From assembly GCA_951406725.2 (NCBI GenBank), contig OX597840.1:16120001-16184000 (forward strand): a stretch of DNA of 64,000 nt, given 5' to 3'. Under the pieces are notes generated by a model. That model did no database searches, had not been told where the DNA came from, and saw only the letters and a list, made by a program, of their open reading frames with translations. This DNA is from Octopus vulgaris (lineage: Eukaryota). Within the stretch, counting starts at the first letter, position 1; each line of letters begins with the position of its first letter. This document shows, one piece after another, positions 1-11,800 of this stretch. Position numbers and translations under genes: made by a program.

Positions 1-2949
1 TGCGAGTGGATTTGGTAGACAGAAATTGCATGAAAGCCTGTTGTCCACTATATAAATGTGAATATTTGTGGTTATATATGTGTGTTTAGCCCCCAAAAGC
101 TCAGAAATTATGCATTTTTGAGAAAAACTAGCTTGATTTTAAAAATCTGCATCCCAAAGACAATGTTGTCCGTAAATAATAATAAAAAATATAATTTCCT
201 ATGAGAAATAACTCAACTTTTTGTTCCACAACTCTCCTACTTGCTGTCTGTCACCATGACTCTATCTCTCTCTATTATGCTCCACCTCTCTCTCTCTCTC
301 TCTCTGTACACGTTGCTTTCATTTTGTTTAAAATTTCGTTTTCTAATGTTTACTTTCATTTAATGACATCTATTACACACAAATCCTTTTTTTCTGATTA
401 GGTAAAAATGCTCAAACTTTAAACATCTGTAATATTTTTCTAAAAATTTTCTGGAATAAATGATTCTCAAACTTGGATTCAGCATCAAAAAGTACGCCAA
501 TATACCAAATTTGAAAATGTTTATCTAATTTTTAGATTGCAAATTCTACGACAGCAGCAGGAAACATGTTTCTCTCATTCACTTTTCTCATGGTAAACTT
601 TCCCCCATTTTAAACATTTTCACCACATTCTCTCTCACTCTCTATAAAAGTATATTGCTCATGTTCAGTATATGTGTGTTTGTCAGTGTGTGCATATGCA
701 TGTGTGCAAGGAATTTTATTAGGTTGACAGTGTGAATTAAAAAAGTATGTAAAAAAATAATTCATTTTAATAGCATACTTTTGTGAGTAAATATGCTTTC
801 CTTACCCCACACATGCATGGACTCGGTTGGTGGGAATTAGGAGTTTAATTTACAAATTGTTGTAGTTGTTGCTTAAATCCCAGTGATGGACCACCACATC
901 ACCATTTCTGAGGAGAAAATAATGAAAAGCATCAATATATGTCAGAGTGACAAAGAAACAAGCAAGGAGCCAGGTGGTCATAGGATGTGCTAGAAGCAAC
1001 AACTAAATCTCCCTTAAATTACATACCTTTTCATCAGAAAATTATTTTGAAATTATAAACTGAAACAAATTATACATTTGGACTGTCCATATTTTAAAAC
1101 TAGGATTAAAAAGAATTTTGGAAAAAGCCGAAATTTTAGGATTTATGGAAACATTAAAAAACACTATTGTTTTCAAATTACATTTCATTTTCTGTTTCAA
1201 AATAAAGGAAGAGAGGATTCCAAAAATTTTTCTTCTTTTAAACCTTCAAGGCTTCCCCCATTGTTTTAAAGAGTGTAGTGCAATAAAAATCAGTACTTGG
1301 CCAAAATCAGTACTGAATGAGTGAGGGGAAGCGGATTGAAAAAGAAACTCATAAACTTTCAATTTATTATTTTTGTTACTGAAAAGATGTCTTCCACTGC
1401 TTTTTAAGTGTGTAGTGCAAAAAAAAAAAAAAAAATAATAAAGAACAAATTCCCCCCTTTGATGTGGGAGGATTTCATAGGTTAACCTAATGCTAGCTAC
1501 TTTACAGAGTGTACTGGGTGCTTTTTATGTGGCATCATCACCAGTGCTTATTATGTCGACACCAACACCCACACCAATGCTTCTTATGTGGCACCTTGGT
1601 TTTAGGATATCAATTCTGTTGAGGTAGGTGGGTTTTCTTATTTGAGAAAACTTGTGCCTCTATTTGTACAGTTAGATGTACAATTGCTAATGTTGAGTTT
1701 AGAGCTTAACATAGATTATCATCAAGTCAGCTTCCGCGACAGTGGTTTGGTTACTACTTTACTTAGTATCACTATTGGTTATGATAAGGCAGTGAGCTGG
1801 TAGAGTCATTAGCATGCTGAGCTAAATGCTGAGTGGCATTTCATCTGTCTGCACGTTCTGGGTTCAAATTCTGCTATGGTTGACTTTGCTTTTCATCCTT
1901 TCGTGGGTCAATGAATTAAATACCAGCTGAATATTGGGGTTGATATAATCAACTAGCACTCTCTATTAAAATTCCTGGCCATTTGCCAAAATTTGAAATC
2001 ATTATTACTGATTATGATATAGGGAGCAAATATAGAAAAAGTCATGATAAATACCAGTTTAAAAGCAGACCTTTACAAAAACACTCCCTTCTTTCTTCAG
2101 GGCATGTTTTCCCTTTTCCTTATAGTTATATTTATTTATTTTTCACTCCTTTATCCTTTTACTATTATCCATTTAAGTTCTCTCTTATTTCTTTAATTAC
2201 AATCCTGTCTTTCTATTTCTTCTCCTCTCATCCTTCCCTTCTCGCCATTTCTCTATTCTATTTGCTTTCTATCTATTTCTCTCTCAACATGAAAGAAGTC
2301 TTGGTGTGTTCAACTGTAGACATTTGATCTATAGTGGAAGCAGACTCAATGACAGTAATCTACATGATGCTCTAAACTCAACATGTTATAACATAATGCA
2401 ATAAAATGTTCGCCTGATGATTCGTTGTGGTTAAGCATCTAACAGCACTTGCAACATTTAATACTGTAGTCCCAAACAACTACAATGCTGAAACGCATGT
2501 AAGAACAAATTATATATACACACACACACATATCATACATAGATACATATATGAATGCATGTATTCAGTTATACATGCCTATACACAAACCCCAAACAGA
2601 ACCTCTTCTCAGTTTCTCAGGAAAAGAAGCCAAATTGTGCTCATGAGCACATTAACCCTTTAGCATTCAGATTACTCAAGTAAATGTAATAGTTATTTAA
2701 TCACATTATTTTGAATTTATTATACATTATTTTGTAGCCTTGAAATTTCAATGACGTGATTGATTAGTTTTAAAATGACATTGTAGGGAGATGTGAGAGG
2801 TCTGGTCATGTCAGTTTGAACATAAAGCAGGTAGAATATTTGGGCCTGATATGGCTGGTTTGAATACTAAAAGGTTTACTAATGTCCTAGAAATTATATA
2901 TACGTATCATCATATTTCATTCTATAACTGCTATCTCTGAGGAGTACAA

Positions 2950-3410
2950 GGTTACAGCATCTGGCTGTTATCTAACACTCCGTTGAACCCCTAGTGAGAA
3001 ACTGATTGGTAAGATTGGCCATAATGGACACTTTGATGGTAAATGTGCAGGAACAATTAGGACAAAGAACGTGCAAAGAAAAGACTTCCTCAAATGCTTG
3101 GTGGGTGTGTGAAGAAATAGTAGATAGCTTCTACTACCTAGGTGACCAAGTTAGTAGAGGAGGAGGAAGTTCTAAAAGCATAGTTGTTAGATTGAGAACT
3201 GGCTGGGCAAAGTTCAGAGAGCTTTGGTAACAAACGCCTCTCCCTGAGAGTGAAAGGTGACGTCTGTGTATGGATAGCCATGCTACATGGCAGTGAAACA
3301 TGGGCTGTGACTACAAAGGACATGCGAAGGCTTGAAAGAAATGTCATGAGCAGAGCAGCTAGCATGCTCTTCTGGATTGGTAATGTCAGTGTGCACATAT
3401 GACACGGTGT
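2950..3410 (+). mobile_element. Decayed RTE-clade LINE fragment (RT C-terminal region)
   Basis: Translates in pieces to EIVDSFYYLGDQVSRGGGSSKSIVVRLRTGWAKFREL and [12 protein letters not shown], the same family as the copy at ~37990. Confidence 0.7.
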
Positions 3411-3660
3411 AAATGAGAAATCTGACTGCTATTTCTAACAGGTCAAGCGAGCCACAGCATAGGCTGTAACACTTGCATGGGTAGCCTTTTTCTAGAAGCG
3501 GGCCGCATGAGACATAAGCCATCATTTGGTGGGCTGCACGACTAAAATATTGAAGGTAAGTTTTCGTTTAGGTGTACCATTCATAAAGTCCCGCAGGTTA
3601 GAAGTTTCCCATGACTGCCCTAAAATTGGGAGCGTTTACATTATCTCCCTTGGATATTAG

Positions 3661-3672
3661 GCGGAAGTGACG
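3661..3672 (+). promoter_or_regulatory. ETS-CRE composite motif (GCGGAAGTGACG) in a CpG-retaining putative housekeeping promoter (~3490-3770)
   Basis: The sequence gcggaagtgacg is at 3661-3672. The surrounding region keeps many CpGs, unlike the CpG-depleted flanks, and lies just upstream of BBIP1. A 5' splice site GAAG|GTAAGT is at 3555/3556. Confidence 0.5.
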
Positions 3673-4012
3673 TTAAAAGAACGGCGCGGATTCTGTTTCA
3701 TAAATATTGTTTAAGCAGAGTTTGAGGTGGCGATAGGATAATCGATAGATTTCGTGTTTAATAGGATTATTATGTTAAACTAAGTATTGGGTAAACACAA
3801 GGAGATATATAAAGCAAAGCTGTCTTACTACACCGTTTCTTCAACTACAAGACGTGTAGAAAGAAATATATTTCTTCGATCATGTATTTGTTGTCTTAAA
3901 CTGTAATTGGTGTTTAAAGCAGTTATTTTTCTACAAGAAAACAATCACCCGAAGACGGGAAATAAATTGCTAGAAACAAAAGTTAGAGAAGAATATTTAA
4001 ACCTATCTGAAT

Positions 4013-4201
4013 ATGTCTAAATCTAATGTGACTATCAAAGAAATATTGCCGAAGAAAGAGCGAGTCTATGACAGGGCCGTGCCATGTGCCATCCTTTGTA
4101 AACCGAAATTGCTGCCGCTTAGGTCGGTCACTTTAGAGAAATTGGAGAAAATTCAACGTGAAGCCCAGGATATTATTAAAAAAGAAGAAATGTTACAATA
4201 A
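4013..4201 (+). CDS. BBIP1: BBSome-interacting protein 1 (BBIP10/BBS18), single coding exon, 62 aa
   Basis: [62 protein letters not shown] contains the family signature (EVLPK...[20 protein letters not shown] in human, from memory). The ATG-TAA frame is intact; AATAAA is at 4495-4500. Confidence 0.93.
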   Translation: [62 protein letters not shown]

Positions 4202-4527
4202 TACAACCCACACGCCTCACATGCATTTGTCTTTCTAACTATTATACACATCGTACATCTTTCTCCAAATCGCTGCATCTTCTAGAATAGAACATTTCCT
4301 CTCCTCTTTAGATAAAGTAATTGGTAAGTTTTGACAATTTTTATTTGATATTTGACTTTTAAAATTCTTTCTAGGTTTTGTGTTTTTTATCGCTCACACG
4401 CAGTGTAGGTCTTGGTCTCCTTAGTTTTACTTAGCAACCGGTCACCAACAAACGATGGCATGGCTCTACACCCACACATCTCTTGCTTCAGTTAAATAAA
4501 TATCTATCACTTTTGATCACAAGAGAG

Positions 4528-4571
<44 letters not shown>

Positions 4572-4574
<3 letters not shown>

Positions 4575-4771
4575 TACTTAAGAAGAGTGATCCCGGTGCG
4601 CGTACTCGCGCATCCGCGCTAGCTAGTCGTGACTAGTCGATCCTACGACTACCTAGCAAAGTAAATAAAACACAAAAACACAGTAAATAATTTTTTAAAA
4701 CGAAGTAAATAAAACAAAAACAAAGTAAACGACTAGCTAGCGCGCACCGGGACCACTCTTCTTAAGTAGTA
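4572..4771. mobile_element. MITE with ~31-bp terminal inverted repeats inserted in a (TA)n tract
   Basis: tactacttaagaagagtgatcccggtgcgcg ... cgcgcaccgggaccactcttcttaagtagta (1 mismatch), plus the internal IR gcgctagctagtcgt/acgactagctagcgc. Confidence 0.75.
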
Positions 4772-5608
4772 CCATATATATATAAATAAATAAAATATAT
4801 GCATATATACGTACATATATGTACGTACCTACCTCTACATGTATATATACATGCATATATGGGTACAGGACACCAAAAAAACGTCGAACACAATGAGAAA
4901 CGAAAACATAGACACAAAATCAAGGAAATGGACATTTTTTTAAAACAACGAAAAAATAGAGTACAGGACATACAAAACAAGGAAAATTCCCCTTCTTCAG
5001 TCGCCTTAATTTCATCTACTCCACGTTTCGAAATGATATACATACATATATAATTTCGTTTCTGGGTAATATTGTAAACATTAACCATGTATATATACGT
5101 TAAAAAAAGTAAAGATCCCCTTCGGTTATCTTCCTAGTCACAAGTCCGGGCAAGGTTGAAACACCCTAGGATTTATTCTTTGTAAGCCTAGTACTTATTC
5201 TATTGGTCTGTTTTGCTGAACTGCTAAGTTACAGGGACGTAAACACACCAACATCAGTTGTGAAACGATAGTGGGAGAACAAACAGACATGCAAATACAT
5301 AAACACGTACAACACACACCTATGACGGGGCTTCTTTCAGTTTCTGTCTACCAAATCCACTCACAATGCTTTGCTCGGCCTGGATCTTCCAGTTCTGAAG
5401 ATTTGTTTAAATTTGAACCCTCAACTAAAAGATCATCAAAAGTTATTCAGACATTGTGCCCTATGCTTTAATAATTCTGCTAATCCATATCTTCGGCATC
5501 TCACCCATCATTTTAATAAATTCTGATCTGATCTGATCAGTGTAATCAATAATATAATCAAGAATCATTTTTATTTTCTTTTTATTTTAGGATTATCCAG
5601 CTCTGAAA

Positions 5609-5854
5609 ATGTCTTACGTATCATCTGGTTCAGATTTGTTCATGTTTGAACCCTCAACTAAAAGATCATCAAAGGAACAAGTCACCTCTCACAAAGTGAC
5701 CTTACTTGTTCTGCTTTATGAATTCCTAAATGCTTATGAGAAAAAGTCACAAATTCGAGAACAGTACCAACAGAATTTGGACCTCAAGGTGGAAATGGAT
5801 TTTACTGATGTAGAAGTGAAAGCTATTCTTACATTAATATTAGATCTTTATCAG
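5609..5854 (+). CDS. ANAPC5: ANAPC5 coding exon 1 (exon starts at acceptor 5591; 18-nt 5' UTR part)
   Basis: ttattttag|GATT acceptor; MSYV...[12 protein letters not shown]...LILDLYQ; donor CAG|gtaagc. Confidence 0.9.
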
Positions 5855-8800
5855 GTAAGCTTACACAGGATTTTTTCATTTGTTTTCACATTCATTTTGA
5901 TATGCTTGCATGGGTTAGAGGAATATATTATTGAGGGCTTGAAAGAAATGAAGCTAGTATGCTTTGCTGGGTGTGCACAGTCAGTTTGCATGTACAAAAG
6001 AGTGTCAGCTTCTTGAGAGAAGAATTGGGCATAAGAGGTATCAGATGTGGTGTGCAAGAGAGACTGTGCTGGTATGGTCATGTGATGCATATGGATGAGG
6101 ATGGTTGTGGAGGGAACCTGAGGAAGAGGTAGACCCAAGAAGACCTGGGTATGGTCATGTGATGCATATGGATGAGGACAGCTGTGGAAGAGGTAGACCC
6201 AGGAAGACCTGGTTATGGTCACGTGATGCATATGGGTGAGGATGGTTGTGGAGGGAACCTGTGGAAGAGGTAGACCCAGGAAGACCTGGTTATGGTCATG
6301 TGATGCATATGGATGAGGACAGCTGTGTAAAGATCTCTAACTGTGGAAGGAACCTATGGAAGATGTAGACCGAGGTGGGACGAGGTGGTTAAGCATGATC
6401 TTTGGATGTTGGGTTTCAAGGAGGCGATGACAAGTGATCGAGACCATTGGCAATTTGCTGTGCTTGAGAAGACTCATCAAGCCAAGTAAAATTGTAGTCA
6501 TGGCCATGCTGGTGGCACATAAAAGCACCAGTGACACATAAGAGGCACCCACTACACTCTTGGAGTCGTTGGTGTTAGGAAGGGTGTCCAACCACAGAAA
6601 CCAAGCCAAACCAGACTGGAGCCAGCTTACAGTTCTAGTCAACAACAGACAACTAAATTTCTCACTATTCACTAGCAAAACTGGTAGAATTTCCACAGAT
6701 TTCACTCATAGTAGTAATAATAATGATAATAATAATCATAAGAGCACTCAGAGAGTGCAAACCTCAGCCAAGGCAACACCAATGTCCTCTCAATGATTAG
6801 CCAGAGGTGATTTTTAAAATGAGAATATTTGAAATAGATTTGACTGCTCTCACAAATGAGAATACTAAAAATGAACCTGACCATTCTCAAAAATTAAGTA
6901 AAAAAAACAGGAAAAATAATCCAGAATCCTTATCCGTTACCAGATCGATCCCAAAATCTAATCAGTTCATGCCAGTCACAAGGCCAAACATCCCTGAAAG
7001 TTTCATCTGAATCCACCCAGCGGTTCATGGACAAACAAGCAAACACAACTGAAAACAATACTTTCACCTTTGCTAAGATAGAGGTAATAATACTATGTGT
7101 CAATATTTTGTGCTTCTAAGGCATAAGGCAGCAAACTGGCAGAATCTTTAGATGCTAAACTGTATCTTGTCTGTCTTTGCCTTCTGAGTTCAAATTCTGC
7201 TGAGGTCAACTTTGCTTTTCATCCTTTTGGGGTCAGTGAAATAAATACCAGTTGAACTTATCAACTTATCCCCCTCCTCTGATATTGCTGGCCTTGTGCT
7301 AAAATTTGAAACCAATATTTTGTGCTTCTAACAAAATTTCATTACACATCATCACTATCTTTCTTTTGTAGCTGGGGTAGCCCTGTACCCCAGCTAAGAC
7401 TCTTATTCCTGTTCCTCTATCATATTTTTTTCTCTCAACATCTGGTATAAGCTACCTCCATTCAGTTGAGGGGTCTTGTCTTGCAAGGTGCCTGCAACCT
7501 CATGAGTGCCAGTGACATAAAAAAAGAAGCACGCCCAATCCACTCTGTAAAGTAGTTGGTGTTTGGAAGGGCATCAAGTAGTGTGTAACCATGTTGAAAT
7601 AGGCATTGGAGTTTGACACAGTCCACTGACTGCCACATCCTGTCAAAGTGTCTGACCCATGCCAGTGTTGAATACAGATACTGAATAATTATGATTTTTA
7701 ACAATTGCAGCGTGGAAGGTGTTTATAAGCCATTTAAGAAACACATAAAATTCATTAGATTCACTTCAGCATGGAATTTTGTTAGTGAATGGTCGCGGTC
7801 TCAAAGCGACGAAAATATTTTGACAAATTAAATTTGAATGTTGAAGTGAATCTAATGGATTTTGTGTGTTTCTTAAATGGCTTATAAACACCTTCCATGC
7901 TGCAATTGTTTTCATTCTAGCATACGATCTCAGATCAGGTCGCTTGCTATACAAGTACATCTCCGTAATATTATGATTATAAAAGTGTGAAAAGAGAATT
8001 CATAAATAATTTTCCTTCCCAATGATGTTATCTTTTATCCACATTACAGGGACCTGAAAAGGCTCTTCGTGATTTAATTCCCCGTGTGAAGAAAGTGACA
8101 AATGCAAAGTTGGCTGACAGATTTACAGGAAGGTTTGAAAAGATTTTTATAATATTTTAATTTAAATTGTAGTGTCATTGTTTTTTTTTTTGTGTGTGTG
8201 TGTTGGGGGTGGGAGGGATTCCTTTATCAGAATGTGGTCAGTCGAAGAAAACTTGTCTGTAGTTAAGGGCGTATGACAGTATCAAAAATATTATACAAGT
8301 TGGTCAGAAGCCCTCTAGATTTTCCAGCCCTAAGCTTTAGCCTAATAAGTCTTGCTGAGCCTGCTTCCCTGTGCATGTGTGCTTGAGTCTGTCTGTTCGT
8401 ATGAGTTTTTGTGTGTATGCATGTGTATCTATATTTATTTAGCATGACGTGATTCCAACTCACAATGTCTTTATTCTTTAATAAGAATAAGATATAGGCC
8501 TACTCAAGTGCATATGCATATGCTTTATGAGATATGTAGACCACAATCACTTAATTACATAAGGAGGAGTCGGAGGTGCCAATAGTAGAGGAGTCGGAGT
8601 CAAAGTTTTTGTTTCAACTCCACAGTCCTGGTTAAGTTGATAAGTGGGAAGATAGGCAAGCCTATAGGTAGGTAAGTTGAATGATAGACTGGTAGGCAGG
8701 TACATAAGTAGTATGGACAGACACACACATGACCATACAAACACTCTACACACAGACATGGATACATGCACAGAAACTTACACACACAGACACATGCACG

Positions 8801-11800
8801 CATGCAAACTGAAGTACACACACATACATACACAAACATGCACACACAGAGACACATGAATACACAGACGTGTACACACATGCATACATACATATGCAAG
8901 CACACATACACACACACACACACACACACAAATGCATGCAACAAGGTCTCAAGTAGACAAATGCGGCCTCCATAATGGACTGAATCAAAAGTCATTGAAA
9001 AGGTTACAAGTTGCAATGAAAGAGCTTTGACAAACAAAAGCAAAACAAATGACTCACTGTTTAACCAAATTAAACAAACAAACGATTAGTTTGTTGCATA
9101 TTTAATCAGTTGACAAATAATAAAAGAGTGGAGTTGAACCAGTGTGTGTGTTAATTATATTGGCATAAGGACACTTCCTAGATGCAACAAAATTTGTTTC
9201 AACACACAAATTCACATAAAGAATCTTGCAAACTGGGTACAAAAAGGATTTTAAATGAAGTTTGTATCATAAAGCCAAGGGTGGTTCCGGGTGGGTTGGC
9301 ACCAAAAGGAGTAAACATAAGTGCTATTTATTTCATCTTCACTTTAACTTTATTATTATTGTTTTTAGTTTATTTGCCAAAGTTCTTTCACCACACATCC
9401 TGTGACCCCTTCAGAGACTTTCTGTCCCACATGCTTCCTCTTGTCCTGCTTATTCCATTCTGTCTTGTCAAATAAATCAGCATTGAATTGTGGATGCCAC
9501 ATAAGTGCTGCCAGAACATCTGATATCCACTCCGCAACAATTACATCAGCAATGTTGCCTCTATAGCAGTTAGGGGCCTGCAGGCCACAAGCAGACCAGG
9601 GGACTTTCTGAGCAGCATGCCAGTGAAAATTTACCTTGAATTTTATAGAAATGCGATCTGCTTGATGACATGCCTTGTCTTGTGGCTTGCTTTCTCATAA
9701 AAGGTCACCTAGCCTGCTCTATAGCAATTCCTCTCTCTAATTTCCAGGTTGACTGTCATAGCTGAAGGAGGAATCCGAGCCCTCAATGAGTTTTTTAATC
9801 AATTTACAGACGATTTTTTGCATTTCTCAGAAACATTAATGCATAAATCATCATTGTTCGGTAAGTTTGAAAAAAATTAGTTTTTGTTTGTTTTTGTTTT
9901 GTCCTTCCTGTATCCATCTCCACTCCCATTCCATGCTCCAAAGGTGGTGATGGTGGGGCTTGTTTCATTTAATGATTGTTTAAAACGTAACCTATGTACA
10001 TTAACATACGCATGCATTGAATTCTTTTGTGGTCGTTTTCATCATTGTCATCATCACCATCCTTATCAATCACGTCATCTTTATTCACATCATTTCTATT
10101 TTCATCCACTATAACCTTTCAACATCTGACAAGGTCACCTCCTCCAATGCCCCGTTTCTTCTCAAATGATTTTTGTCTTGTAAGTTACTTGGTGACCCTT
10201 TCAGTGCAAGTGCCACTTAAAAAGCACTCAGTCCACACTGTAAAGTGGTTGGCATTTGGGAGGGCATCCAGCTGTAAAAACCTTGCCAAAACTGACCTCA
10301 CCTGTGCTTGTGCCATGTAAAAAGCACTCAGTCCACTCTGCTGGGTGATGGTGTTAGGAAGGACACCCAGCTATAAAAATCCTGCCGAAACAGTCACAGA
10401 AGTCTGGTGCAGGCTTCTACCTGGCTGGCTCCTGTCAGACCGTCCTACCCTTGCCAGCATGGAAGGTGGACGTTAAACGATGATGTTGATGATGATGATG
10501 ATTCCTACAGGCTTGTCCTTTACAGGTTCCAATGCCATGTAAAATGTACTCATGCTGGTGCTGACTAAATGCACCCTGCACACTCTGTAGAGTATTTGGC
10601 ATTAGGAAGGGCATCCAACCATAGAAACCAGGCCACAACAGAAAACTGGAGTTTTAACAGCTCTCTGGTTGGCCTATCTAACCCATACTGGTATGGAAAA
10701 CAGACGTTAGATGACGACGACAACAACGATGATGATGATGATGATGATCATGCTGAACATTGCCATGTTCTTAATTATCATTGTCTTCTAATCACTTCAT
10801 ACTCTCTTTCACTCTTTTACTTGTGTCAGTCTTTTTGACTGTGGCCATACTGGAGTACCACCTTTAGTTGAGCAAATTGACCCCAGAACTTATTCTTTGT
10901 AAGCCTAGTACTTATTCTATCGGTCTCTTTTGCTGAACCGCTAAGTTACGGGGATGTAAACACACCAGCATCTTTTGTGAAAAAATGTTGCGGAGGACAA
11001 ACATAAACACATACACACACACACGTACATACATATATATGACAGGCTTCTTTCAGTTTCCGTCTACCAAATCCACACACAAGGCTTTGGTCGGCCCGAG
11101 GCTATAATAGAAGACACTTGCCCAAGGTGCCACGCAGTGGGACTGAACCCAGAACCATGTGGTTGGTAAGCAAGCTATTTACTACACAGCCACTCCTGCG
11201 CCTATAAAATCTTCAATTTTAACATGTATTCCATCTTTAGCACGATTCTCACCAGCTTCATCATCATCTTTATCATCATTATCACCACCATCATCATTAC
11301 TATTGTCATCATCATCTTCATTATCGCCTGCTATCTTTCCTAAGCTGACAAAAGTATAAGTTCGGGAACTGCAAACAAAAACCGTTAGACTATTGGAGGA
11401 GATGCTTTGTACTTTTTGTTCTGGGTTCAAATCCTGCCAGGGTCTACCTAGATGGCAAACTTAAACTTTAACCCTGTTTAACATCGTCACCTGAACCTGT
11501 GGGTCTTTATTTGAGCCATGTCTCCAGTTTGAAGATAATGTCTTTCCCTCACTTTCTCCTTTCCTCCTGTCCACCTGTCTTGGAGGCCCTGAAAGAGATC
11601 ACGAGTAGCTCCTTTTTCTCATGCCCTAACAATAATGTAAAAAATCTCAGACTGTTAATAATAATAATAATGCTTGGGGAAAATGCTACGGTAATAGCAA
11701 TAATGTGTTTCTTTTAAAGATAATTTATTTATATTATGATAATGGGTTTACATTAATTATAAAGGAAAGTCGTTGGTACTTGGAAATGCATCTAGCTGTA

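Noticed and set aside
1786-1880. tRNA genes at SINE heads
   Set aside because: A/B-box-like motifs continue into SINE bodies and tails and do not form a complete cloverleaf; they are high-copy repeats.
4985-5035. CTGAAGA and GAAAC on the minus strand as a hammerhead
   Set aside because: The order and flanks do not form the three required stems.
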